In this document: positions 10,185 through 22,252 of the stretch, piece by piece
Layout: each line of letters opens with the position of its first letter
Numbering within the stretch: position 1 is the first letter of the stretch
The notes under the pieces: generated by a model
Seen by the model: the letters and a program-made list of their open reading frames with translations, nothing else
What the model was told of the DNA's origin: nothing
The model's database searches: none
Source: Cirrosporium novae-zelandiae
Taxonomy: Eukaryota
Direction: 5' to 3'
Length of the DNA: 28,560 nt
Assembly: GCA_026023565.1 (NCBI GenBank)
Contig: JAPETS010000035.1
Span: 310,001 to 338,560, forward strand
Program-made: the position numbers and the translations under genes

Positions 10185-10870
10185 AAGTATGCCATGGCCA
10201 GAGGCGTCTCGGGAATCAGATGAACAACTGTCATTCGACTTGCTGAATTGGGCGCTGCTGGTATTGCAATAAGCATTAAGAATGGAGATGGTTTGGAGAA
10301 GACCAGATATTTCTGTACATCTACACCCTGAGAAGGCTTTGACAGGAGTAACGAATCCACATTCCATAACCACAGAATAACCACAACTGATAGATAAAGA
10401 TGGACCATATCAGACCAGGATCTTAACAGGTGAACGTATGAAATCCTGAAGACGTCAACAATTGTATCAGAGGATAGTGTCAAAGAATTTTGTTATCTAA
10501 AAGAGAGGCAAATGTAGAGAGAATCGCTGCAGGCGAAGGCAAAATCATAATAGAGTTAATTGCAAGGCCCAGTCTTGTGATGCCAGTCAAGAATCCTAGT
10601 AGTCATTCATTCACTTACATATTAACAGCAATAAGAAGATTGGTACACCATCATAGCTGTGAATCTGGCGCGTGTCATGAATTACATGTGAGCCCAATTT
10701 TCAGAAACGATCAAGCCTGGTGGATCAATCGTGTATGTAGCAAGCACTTGTAGCCTTCAAGGCTACTGCATAATGCTGGCTACTCAGCAATCTCGAGTTA
10801 TAGGCTGGACAGAATCCGCGGCAGGCGAGTATGGGAAAGGTGGTATCCATATTAACGCACTTCTATCGTT
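10185..10870 (+). pseudogene. Classical SDR pseudogene 2 (C-terminus not traced)
   Basis: AMARGVSGIR*TTVIRLAELGAAGIAIS (decayed TGGASGIG), EDWYTIIAVNL, PGGSIVYVAST, NAGYSA, VIGWTESAAGEYGKGGIHINALL across frameshifts. Confidence 0.8.
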
Positions 10871-11413
10871 AGACCTATTCTTATTAAACCCTTGCTATTG
10901 GACTATGCATGGGAGCTGTTTAGCCTGCTAAAAACCTTTTAAACCATTAATCAATTAGTTTGAATGCCCTTTGGACGTTCGATCAAGTAGGGTAGTTGAT
11001 TATCTTGCCATGTCAATGTTTGTGGTTGAGATTAACTTAAACCTCTCAACCGTAAATTACATGACATAATTTACTAGTGGTGCGAATACCTGTACTCTTA
11101 CAATATACAAGCAACCACAACCCCAGACAGTAAAAGTTAACGCGAAATTACCTAGAAATTAAAAGAAAGCTAATTCTATCTAAAAGAAAAAAACTAAGTA
11201 AATAAGTTAAAAGAGTATGCATTCTATCTATGCAAGGTTAGCTCGCTGCTTAGCCTTACTATTTAATACTGTTTAGCCTTAGTCTAAGCCTGGAGATACT
11301 GTGTCCATCATGATCATGGAGAACAGGATGCAATGGGGGGTAAATAATATAAAAGGTCCCAGAAAACAGATACATATCTAGAGAAATAAAAGTACCAGTA
11401 CTCAGATCAAGCA

Positions 11414-13043
11414 GGGCCCATAATCCCTGTGCTTGCTTTTCCAACGTCTAGTTGCACTTTATACTAACCACTGGGATTGACTCTATTGAAGTATGATATT
11501 TATCATATTTTGTGGGTGAGGGAGGGGATATGGATCCGTCTTCTCCCGAAAATTTAGCTCGACGAACATCATCGTGCTTTGGGATAGAAAAGCCATTCAC
11601 ACCATGGTAAGAAGGGAACCGTCTATTCTAATCGTTCAGCAAGTTACGTTGGTAGAGTTCCGGCTCAAGGAGACCATATTGCCCTCGAATAAATGAATCT
11701 AGTCTGGGGAAATAGGTGCAAAGCTATTCTCACAACATTTCCCTAAAAATTTAGATGAGAGCCATTTCCGGGTTCAAGAAACAAAGTCCGTCTAACCTTG
11801 CGACTTCTCTGCACTAACATCATTTAGATTAAAGCAACGGTCCTGATAAATAATCTTGGAGATGATCCCGAGAGTTCTTATAATCATATTCGGGGGTACA
11901 TTGCTTCTGTCGCTTTTGCGCTCGCTTTTGGTCGGGATCCGATATTTTGAGTCTTTCTAGGGTTAGGAAGAAATCATGAAAGAACCTTAGAATTCAATGA
12001 CGCTGGTATATGCTTAGGCTATGTATGATGTGAGAGAAACATAGGCAGCGGCCATGGAAGTTGGTGCTAACCTTTCTGTTGATGAATATCCTATCTTGGA
12101 GTTTTTGACACTGTCTAGAGGAAGACCCGACAGATCATCAATAACAAAAAGCAAAGGGGAACAAACAAGAATATATCATCGACTAGTTGCTAGAAGGGTA
12201 TGAGTATGGGGGGATAGATCACTTATGTCCCAATATACATTTAACAATCCAATCGGAAAAGTTATTGAGGTGCGACTGACACAGCTGTGACGTAGCTCCT
12301 GATTTTGATCCTGGTTCTTGTACCTTATGTTAACTAGATTGTGAAGAGAGGATGAGGTAGAAGCCAGTGTATATGTTTCTTCCTATGATCACAGCCATGA
12401 TATTGGTATTAATAAACCCGGAGTGCTGTCATGGCCTTGTTGCACCGGATTCGACAAGATATGTAGTCCCTCTTTTTCTGCCTAAATATGTGCTGAAAGC
12501 TGTCAATTCCAGACCACTAGTACGGGGCAATGCTATCTTCCGAGGGCTCTTCCCTCTTTAGCGCTACTTAGGTGATCCATCAGACTGGTTTTATGTTCTC
12601 TGACCATGACAAGTTCGATCCTGACCGATATAAAAACCATCCAAAACTTTCAACGACTATGCTAGCAGCCCGAACTAGCAAAATCAAGACATGTTTCCTG
12701 TGACGTCCCTCTAGAATAGAAATATGAAGGCCGACATTGCTTGAGTAGCTTATATCACTAAAACTATAGTGTTAGTCGTAGGCTATATCTTGGTATTCAT
12801 CTTTCCGAACGGAATATGTAGTGCATCGCAGCCAAGATCCCACGGGCCTTCGAGAGCCCTAAGCCTATTGACTCAATGAGTGGAGAAGCCATGCATCTTG
12901 GTTTCAACAAAAATAACACTGGGGTTGAGCAGCCCCCCTTGCCGTTCAAGATCTGAATTAAACCAAGAATTTAGGAATACGTAGTTGCGATACGCCGGGA
13001 GATTACAGACGTCTTGGATCTTCTCAGGATTTGGGGTTGGTGA
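11414..13043 (+). pseudogene. Cytochrome P450 pseudogene (start approximate; clearly readable from 11529)
   Basis: YGSVFSRKF..NIIVLWDRKAIH, KKGTVYSNR, NHIRGYIASV, MEVGANLSVDEYPIL, I-helix-like GATDTA, FDPDRY, decayed heme motif YSVSRRLYLGIHLSER (12765-12812), PLPFKI*IKPR. Confidence 0.88.
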
Positions 13044-14230
13044 TTTGTTGCCACTCTGCTGCAACATTTTCCAGCGACCAGAAGAGCAGTGTTCAAGGAA
13101 GTAACTCTCTCGCAGTTTTTTCTGGGCCTAGAACTCATCAAATCTAGGTAAGTAGGCACGTCGCATTTTGCAACTAGTCTATTGTAGTAGAGCATCTTCT
13201 CGTTGTGCTGGCAAAGATGTCCAATTCATAGATGGCCCACCATGTCCGTCGTCGCTCTTCATAACCATACCAGCGATCAACCTCTACTTCCGTGCAAATG
13301 CTATTTCGATCCATATTCTCTGAATCAATCATATGAAGGTCCACATCATAAGAAGTCCGTGCACATGTACCAAGAGCTCTCCAAGAATTCTCACAGACAC
13401 TTCCTAGCTGCTGGAGGTTGATAGGTATTAGCGTCTGCAAAGGGCTCGAGAAGGGAACTGCATCTTCACATTCTTTGAGGGCTTGTTCGGCAAACCCTGA
13501 TGCTAATTCTTTGAATTACTGATGGGTGGGGCATGTATTATAACTAGATCTATAATCAGAGCCTCATATTTTCATAAAACATCTCGAGTCTGTCAACACC
13601 AACCGACTAATAAAATTGGAGCTCCAGTTTAGGTTAGTAAATATGATAAAGGGCCATTTATGTTGTCACAGCCAAGTGTTTTAGCACCATTGTAATCCCT
13701 ATATCCAGATTGAATGCATCATACTCTTGTGTTTATCCTGTTAGACTAGTTCGTTGAACCTCTCTATCGCTCTGCACCATCAAGGCTCTCGGTTTCTCTC
13801 TATACTCCATGGGGGCTCCACGACTTATACTTGTTCGAATTATTTTTCGGTTTCGCTGTGAGGTGCGTACTAATATTAGTTAGACAAGAAAATTAATAAG
13901 CGTAAATGGTTTTTACCAATCTTTGGCTCAGGTTTCATCGGCCGCGAAGGATATAGGCATGCTTGCAACAATTTTTTGCAGAAGAGATAGGGAAGTAACG
14001 TTCGATCGCTAGTGTTGATCTTATTTGATACTAAATACCGTTTGTGTGTGATGGGGAACCGGTGATAATTCATCCCTTTTGGTAGATGAAGGAAATAAAA
14101 CATGAGATAAATAGGAAGTTGAGATTGCGCACTGTCGGCAGATTTAACATGTCGGGCTAGACCTATTATTCGTATCGCAAGTATTATCATCTATGCTCAC
14201 TCTTTCTGTGTCTCGATGGATTTCTGGGTT
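13035..14230 (-). pseudogene. Fungal-specific (Zn2Cys6/Fungal_trans) transcription factor pseudogene, 3'-truncated
   Basis: EERRRTWWAIYELDIFASTTRRCSTTID* middle-homology motif, WKMLQQSGNKSP after frameshifts, and remnant SPTC*ICRQ near 14130-14160. Confidence 0.82.
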
Positions 14231-15331
14231 GTCCATCTGGTACGTGCTACTGGGATCTATAGGTAAATGTTGAAAATCAATTCAGAAGAGCTGAAGGAGA
14301 AGATGACCAGTGGGGTTAAGAATTCTGTTGTAGCCTATAATGCTCTACTGTGGTAGGAATCTGGGGTAGGGAAGTAGATATAACTGGGTCCATCAATAAT
14401 TGCCTCATTATCTTCTCGGAGTAGAAGTGCGGGGTTTCACAAAAATCGGACTCATCGTTATCCATTTGGTTCTCCGATTTACCGATTCTTGACTTGTTTG
14501 ATAATAAACGGGTGACTTTTGCAATTTGGATCTGATCATCCGGTAGTTATGCACCTCGAGAATTACCAAGATCTTGACCTGCACGACCGGCCATGAGACG
14601 GATCCGTCATGAAGAAGAGGTTAGGGGAACCATGCTTGATAGCATAAATACGGAAAAGTGGCTTCATTCCGATCAACCACTGGGAGCTATCGGCTTCTGT
14701 TGTTCCTGGCTGCTTGATTAATTAGCTGCATCATACACTGTTAAAAAAGAAGAGTGGATATCTGCAAAAGGTGGATGATGGTGGGGGGGACGCATAGCAC
14801 AATAATAAGTTTAAGGGAGTGGAGTAGGTCAAGGCAACAGATCACGTGAAAGATCCAATCATCTATTTATGGCAAGGAGGTACTCGTAGATACATACTTA
14901 TTATCGAGGTAAATATTACTGTACCCCGAGGTCTTTTGAACATGTGCGATTGAAAGAGTTTGATTCATGTTGACATGGCTTAAAGTGATGGAGGAAAGAA
15001 GAATATCCTTAAAAAGGTCTCATGTGCCTGAAGATCAGCGCCATGGATGGACTGATACATGGTAGACTTGCTGTAATTAATTAGTAGCCGTTTTGTTGCT
15101 TTTTGGACATGGTTGGGCGTAGGATAGGATAGGATAGGCTATGGGATACTCTAGTTAGGAAGATGCCGTCAAGGTTCAAACATTCCAGCCTCACTTCTTC
15201 TGCCTTGAGAGAGTAGCTAGGTACCCGTGGCTGCCTTGGTCCTTGATGTTCTCGAGCCTCTTTATTTTAAAATGAGTCAAACAATCAATCATTATTAGAT
15301 TGGCCATTTGGTTCATCTTGGTTCGTCCACC

Positions 15332-15380
15332 GACTGTACTGGACTGTACTGGACTGTACTGGACTGTACTGTACTGTACT
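15332..15380. repeat. Tandem repeat (GACTGTACTG)x4 decaying into (GTACT)n
   Basis: Directly visible 10-bp period. Confidence 0.9.
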
Positions 15381-16130
15381 TGGAATATATATTACACAAT
15401 AAAATAAAATAAAATACCTCTTGAAAGGCTCTAAGAACCTAGGCACCTATGTTACCGGCGCCTTCCAGTGTTTTTGTTTTGTATGGTTTTAATCCTTGTC
15501 GTCTTGGATAAAATCCTAGTAATTCTGGAAATCCTGGTAAGATTCCTGGTACTGTACAGTCTGAGAGTCTGGGTGTTGGTTTTATCAATTGTTGGTTACT
15601 TTAGTGGTGAACACCCTCATCCCCCCCCCGCTATGTTCCTTATCCACCACCCACCACCCCGGTAATCTACCACTTTACTGACTTCTAGTTGTCCGCCCTC
15701 ACTTAACTGGATCCTTTTGCTGTCATGCCTGTTGGCTGCTGGCAACTTGAACTGTTGCAGCCTCACATTGAATATTAATACTTACCTACAATCCTCTCCT
15801 CTTTTCGCTTCATTATTTGTTTGCTTAACTACTACATTTTTTTATGCTTTTTTTTATCAAGTTCTTTTCAATCTATCGTTGCTCTAGACTACTACTGCTA
15901 TCCGTCTATTTCGCCTCTGTCCTTTAAACCCTGAACCACTGCCCCCCCCCCCCGCAGCTCCGCATGAGACATGTTCATTCGGCCTACCTAACATTACCAC
16001 ACCGCTTCCAGTAACTTGGAAATTATCCTGCTCGTCTACAATTTCCAATATCGATAGTTGAATTCCTATTTTGATTCTAGAAAGACACTGGTTCATCATA
16101 GCAACGACCACCTTGACCACTCTGACGGAC

Positions 16131-19100
16131 ATGGACCTTGCCGTTAATTCTGTCGCTGATCTAAATGATACCCTTCCACAGTCACCACATGCTCCACCTT
16201 CCGATTCACAAGCATCTGAGAATGTTTCTGTGTCGTCGGCTCGTATAAACGAACCCCCTTCATCCTCTCCACAGCCTTTGACAACAACGAGCCAGCAACC
16301 TACATTTCATAACATTCACTCATCAGATGGACAAAACCATGATAGAATGGATCAAAGAGAAGAGACGGGTTCAAATGCAATGGATACAACAAACGTTGCC
16401 AGAGATATAGATGCAAATCCATGGACAAGTCCGTCCGATCAAGACAATGAGGCTATGGACACCACACCCGACCATGCGCCAATCTCAGACGCTTTAGAAC
16501 TTAATACTGGGGAGGAACAAAACAATTCACAAGCAACATCTCCACCTGCTGCAGTAATACCTGCATGGAATAACATTGGAGACCTTGATACGAGCAATGC
16601 ACCAGCCTGGGAGACGAATGCACCTCCCCCCGAACCTCAACCTGATGCAGTGCCACAGATTCCTCCACAGCCTGTCCCAGCGCCCCTTCAGCAACTTCCA
16701 ACCATTGTACCCCCACCAAGCTTGCCGGTGAATCCTCGTATCGATCCCGTTTTTAGTGGTGGTTGGGGTGATGGGGATGAGTGGTTCGAAGAAGAAGATA
16801 AATCTGTACCTACTGAAGAAGAATTAAAAGAGCTTGAGCGTAAAGGCGGAGAGGTTAGCGCTCTTGATCGTGAGTATTCCTGCTTCCTTTGAAGGTGTTC
16901 ATGCCTAACCTTAACCAGATGGACATTGGACAAAGCTCTGCCTTCCAGAAGTTGAAGATCCAGAATATATTCCAGTTGAATCTGGCCGTATCGACTGGAC
17001 ACTTAAAGGCGTTCGTGGAACCAAAGCAAACCCTAACCGGGAGCCAGTGATGAAATCCCCATCTGTCTACATAGGAGGCTATCACTGGAACATCAAATAC
17101 TACCTGAAAGGCAATGCGTCGCCTTGTCTTTGTGCATATGTCGAGTGTTCGGTTGATCCCCCTAATGATGGCGACCAACTCAAAACTTCTCATGACAAGG
17201 AAGCTGGTGAGGCCATGGATACCGAAAATGACGACTTGTCAGACGACATGGAAGACAGCGACGAGAGTACACCCCCTCCAGATGAGAAATCTACTAGAGT
17301 AGAATCTAAGAAGTGGGAAGTCCCCGCACAATTCGGTCTCATTATATACAATCCGGCGGAGCCTCGCGTGCTATGTCATGAACGAGCCACACATCAATTT
17401 CGTAACAACAGCTCAGATTGGGGATGGAAATCTTTTAATAACAATTGGAGCACTATCCATAAACGAAAACCATTACAACGTCGAGCTTTGCTGCAAAATG
17501 ATACCCTTGCCTTCACTGCCTATATTCGCGTCTTCAAAGATCACACTAAAAGACTTTGGTGGCATGCAAATCAGAATGAGCAATGGGACAGTCTTAATAG
17601 AGCAGGACTTCGGGGCCTTGGACATGACCAAGACAATACTGGTTTTGCCGCTGCTCTGTCATCTTGGTTGCTGTTAGCTCCTTTCAGGAAAATACTCCGA
17701 AGCATTCCCACAGAAGGTCCTCAGTCAAAACCACGACCAACTCTCACAGCTATGCAAATAATCCTCTCACATATACAATATCAGCCAAAATCGACTGTTT
17801 CTGTGTCTCTGACGTTCTTGAGGAGTATCATGGGAATATATGGTTACCAGCGATTTTATTCGATGGATGTTGTAGAGCTCTGGGAAACCTTAAGAAATTT
17901 CATGGCATTTGAATGCAGAGATTTGAAAATTTCGAAAGACTTGCATGAATTGTTTGGTGACCATTACCCAAACATAAAGGGGGGCATGGAAATCGATGCA
18001 TCTTCTCATACCATTGTCGGGGGCAAATTCCCAACTCTCAAGGTTCCAGTCCTACTGCAGTCATGTGATCCACATCTCCAAGAACTCATCGAGCATGATT
18101 CAATAGCCGCCTCATATCCTCTTGTTGCGCCAAAATTCCTCACCGTAGAATTAGAGCGACAGATATTTAAGGAGTCTACTCGAAAATGGAAAAAGATTGA
18201 TAGAAAGGTCATATTAGACGAGGAAATCAAATTTTCTGTTCCAGGCAATGCTTCTGCAACCAAATACACACTCTATGGTTTCATTGCCCATACAGGAAGT
18301 TTGAGATCATCCAACTATCACTCTATACTTCGGCCAGGTGGTCCAGGAACTAAATGGCTCCACTTCCTCTGTGACAGTGGAGAAAATGTTGTTCATTGCA
18401 TCACAAACAAGGAAGCGTTTGAACTTCAAGGAAGTCCATATGATGCGCCTGAAATTGATTCGAGGATCGGTTTAACCGACAACCGCACAGCTGCCTACGT
18501 TGCTATGTATGTACGGAATGATGCACTACCTGATTTCCTCCAAGGCTTGCCAGAACCACCCCAGAAATCGACGCCCTCCAAATCCGGTGTAGAGACCAAC
18601 CCATCAACCCAGCAATCTGTATCTGAAGTTCAACCCAAGCCAGAGGATAAGATGTTCGATGTTCGAATATACCGATCTGGTGCATTTACTGGCCATCATG
18701 GCCCATGGAGCCTAGATTTTGCCTCTGTAGCCCAGGATGCGGAAAACAGCGAGCATGTCTATGATTTAACCTTGCCGTCATCTATATCCTTGGAAGACTT
18801 CCGCATGAAGGTTTTCAACATGGTTGGAGGCTTAGAAAGACCTGAACAGTGCAAGCTTTGGAGATATGTGCAGCATACTCAGTTCGATATTGCCTCGTAC
18901 GGACGTACCGCTCTGTATACGCCAGGTCCTGATTCGCCACTTAGAGATCTCTCTTCATCTATTCCTTGCCGGTTTTGGCTTCACATAATCCCGATGGGTA
19001 AGTTTATCTGGTCCTAATTTCTAGAAACGCTTCTAATTACCTTTGCAGAGTTGTTGACCAAAGTGGTTGTACCTATTCAAAACAACCATCCTCAAGTAGA

Positions 19101-20181
19101 TGTGACCTCAGGCGAAGGCGAGATGCAAGAGAATGACGACAATATATCACAGACTCCCGATCCAGCTGAAGAAGAGGACACGGATATGCCCGATTCCCCT
19201 CATGATGATAATGCCTCGTCTCCTTCGTCCCACGAATCATCCGAATCCTCCGAATCCGATGATGCTGCTAATTCCGCGTCCAATGGTGATACTTCAATTG
19301 AAGACAAATCTCATCCGCAATCAGTAACTTTTGAAGAACCAGATCACTGCTACGTCTTTGTCAAACGTCTAGATTTCCAGCTTCAGACTCTCACAGGCAC
19401 CGGCTTTTTCATGTTCAAGTTCGGGGACAACGTCAAGGGGGCTATCAAGAAAGCGTTGAAGATACCCGAAGATAAGAGCTTCGCAGTTACAGTTGAGGAT
19501 TTGCAGGCCGATACCCAGCCCATCCGATCTAGCCGCTCCTTCGCCGATGAGGGCATTGACGACGGCACTACATTGATTGTCCATGATGTTCTCAAGGAAA
19601 AAGATAGCGAGTCTCTCTTGCAGAGCGCCTCTTTCACAACCGTTTCCTCCCTTCTTTCCTACCTCCGTCGCAAACCTTTTGATCCTACTGCCAATGCTAC
19701 TGTGCCTGCGCAGACCACCCGCTCCTACTATACGCAGGAGCGCTATAAGGGAACAATGCTCCATGGCCTCTACCACGGCCGCGGCCACCTGATCAAACTA
19801 AATGGAGACATTTACGACGGCTCCTTTTCGCATTCCGAATTCTCTGGGCTTGGCACCCTTCACTATGCTAACCGTGATACCTACACTGGCTCATTTTCCC
19901 ACAATCTATCACATGGCCATGGCACATTCGAGCAGCACTCAACTGGTAACAAATACGTCGGCAATTTCCAGGAAGGGAAGAAGTATGGAAAAGGCGTTAC
20001 ATACTGGGAGAAGAGTGAAGAAGAAATGAGGATTTGTCAGATTTGTTATGAGAAGGAAATGGACGCGTTATTTTATAAGTGCGGTCACGTATGTGCATGC
20101 GTGGACTGTGCTCGGTGTGTCGAGGTGTGTCCTGTTTGCAGAAGTGGGGTGGTAGATGTGGTGAGGATCTGGAAGGCCTAA
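16131..20181 (+). CDS. MATH + USP/UCH-like (probably inactive) + MORN repeats + C-terminal RING protein. Exons 16131-16869, 16919-18997, 19049-20181
   Basis: MATH (IGGYHWNIKYY...DWGW...AYIRVF), USP-like YTLYGFIAHTG, MORN (YHGRGHL..NGDIYDGSF; YVGNFQEGKKYGKG), RING CQIC...CGHVCACVDCA...CPVCR; two GT-AG introns join the three ORFs in frame. Confidence 0.9.
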
Positions 20182-20811
20182 CCTTCTAGGAGTGGAGGGA
20201 ACAGCCATGGCATGAAATGGTAATTGGCAAATGGTGAATGGACTATCATATTCTTCCGAGGCATACACTAAATCGGTTGACATACGACGGACAGACAAAT
20301 GAGGCAATGATAATGGTATAGGACGGATAATATGGTGTCGATTATAATGTCTGGACAGGGGGGAGGCGTACCAAAGTACGGATTAGTCACCAGGTTGGCG
20401 TCGGATTTCTCTCGTTTTTGGGACTTTGCTTTAGCATTCATACCCTCCTTCGGTTTGTCTCTGGATTTCCTTCATTTCGTGGTGGATAATCTTTCGGGCA
20501 TGGATATATAGTATAGTAAAACACCTGAGAAAAAGAGAAGCTAGAACTACATGTCTAGGTAGAAATTCAGATTCATGGGCTTTTCAATGTATCTAAGGCC
20601 TATCATGATAAAATAAAGGATTTCCCAACTTGATAAATGTTGGATGTTGAAGGGTAAAATGTGGTGAATGGCCATGATGGATGTAAATTTTTACGTAAGC
20701 TACACCTTGGTGGCCAACCTTTTCCTATTCTCTTTTCCATTTCCATCGTCATCATACTTGTACACAACATCCTCAATTACCATACTATGGTATTTTTCTT
20801 CTTAATCGGCC

Positions 20812-21774
20812 ATGTCTTTACAGGGTAGAGAAGCCCATATCCCTCCCCCTCTCCATTTAGGCCCGATGGAGGGGGATGAAGCCGACTTCGAGTCACATTA
20901 CTCACTAGACAAACATTCTTCCGACTCTGACTTTTCCGACGGCGATGCTGATGACGATAACACTGATCCAAACAAACGCTCTCCATTTCACCATGCTAAT
21001 TCTTCCTTCTCGGGCCCCAATGCTTTTGCCCCGCCATTCTACAATCGCCCACCAACACCACTTCCCCCCTCCCCATCTCTGACTTCCTTACTTCGGCCTT
21101 CATTTTCAGCTACAGCGTCCAGGCCGACAACTCCAACCCCAGATACCTCAGAGAACGAGACACCCAATGATACCGAAGCTGCCGTCGCCAAGTCTGCCCG
21201 GACTGCTACAACTGTACCACGGGCAAGTCCCAAGGTCCCCACATATGAGTATTATGGATTTGTATTATATCTAGTGTCATCTGCTGCATTTTGTAAGCGC
21301 TTTCGAATCCTTGGGTATCCTATATCTTCTAACCATTTAGTAATTTATCTGCTCTGGTCCTATCTTCCATCGCCGTTTTTACACCAGCTCGGAATATACT
21401 ATTATCCTAATCGTTGGTGGTCTCTTGCCATTCCTGCATATCTTGTCATGTCTGTCGTATACATTTACGTCGCTTTGGCTTCTTACAATACGGGTTATTT
21501 GACGCTACCAATGAATAGCATTGAGAACCTGGTAGATGAGGCTGCCAACATTGCCATCATAGATGGTAAAGGAAGAATAAAAAAGGGCGGCTCATCGAAG
21601 CTCAAAAACCAGGCGACCACAACATATTATCCCGGCTCGCTCACCTCGCATAAGAAGTTCGACTGGGAAGAAGTGTGGAGCAAGGGAACCGATGCCGTCA
21701 TGGATGTTCCTATCGGAGGTGTCTGCGAGATATTATATGGTGAAGGTAGGAGTAGAGATGAAGATGACCTGTAA
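20812..21774 (+). CDS. GPI19: GPI-GlcNAc transferase subunit PIG-P with long disordered N-terminus. Exons 20812-21292, 21341-21774
   Basis: TYEYYGFVLY...IYLLWSYLPSPFLHQLGIYYYPNRWWSLAIP...AVMDVPIGGVCEILY; 48-nt GTAAGC..CTAAC..TAG intron. Confidence 0.92.
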   Translation: MSLQGREAHIPPPLHLGPMEGDEADFESHYSLDKHSSDSDFSDGDADDDNTDPNKRSPFHHANSSFSGPNAFAPPFYNRPPTPLPPSPSLTSLLRPSFSATASRPTTPTPDTSENETPNDTEAAVAKSARTATTVPRASPKVPTYEYYGFVLYLVSSAAFCKRFRILGYPISSNHLVIYLLWSYLPSPFLHQLGIYYYPNRWWSLAIPAYLVMSVVYIYVALASYNTGYLTLPMNSIENLVDEAANIAIIDGKGRIKKGGSSKLKNQATTTYYPGSLTSHKKFDWEEVWSKGTDAVMDVPIGGVCEILYGEGRSRDEDDL

Positions 21775-22252
21775 TCTCAGCCTACGTACAGATACAAAAA
21801 TAGATTCAGCTCACGATTTAACTATGTGCCATGCGATATGACCTTGGTAGTTTTACCGGAATAGCTAATGTCTAATGTATAATTTCATTTTTTAGACTGA
21901 TACAGTTCTACTTGATATGTTTTCCTACGTGTTTTACTCGAGTACTCGAATATAGTCCTTGCATGATTTGTAGCTAGAAAAGGTTTAGTTTCAATCCCCT
22001 GAATGTGGACAAAGTATGAACAGCATAAGATGTTAGGAAATGTAATTCCGCCAGTCTATCGCATCTTGGGTTGAGAACGTGCATCATAACCCCAGATTAT
22101 CCACTAAGCACGCCTTCTCCGCAATAGTTTGATGAGCGCTACCCTGATCTTTCAAGAACCTCATCCTATAACTAATTACTTCATATCAAATTCATAGATT
22201 CTATTTCTTATTCCCTTCTTCGACTACAATTCAGAAAGTACAATTTGTTACC

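Noticed and set aside
10163..10483. Minus-strand ORFs of 106 and 67 aa
   Set aside because: Antisense shadows of SDR pseudogene 2
15332..15380. Regular repeats as a CRISPR-like array
   Set aside because: Contiguous 10-bp tandem units without spacers, in a eukaryotic genome
16071..16130. TTG-initiated N-terminal extension of the MATH gene given by the ORF track
   Set aside because: The first ATG is at 16131 and nothing supports non-AUG initiation
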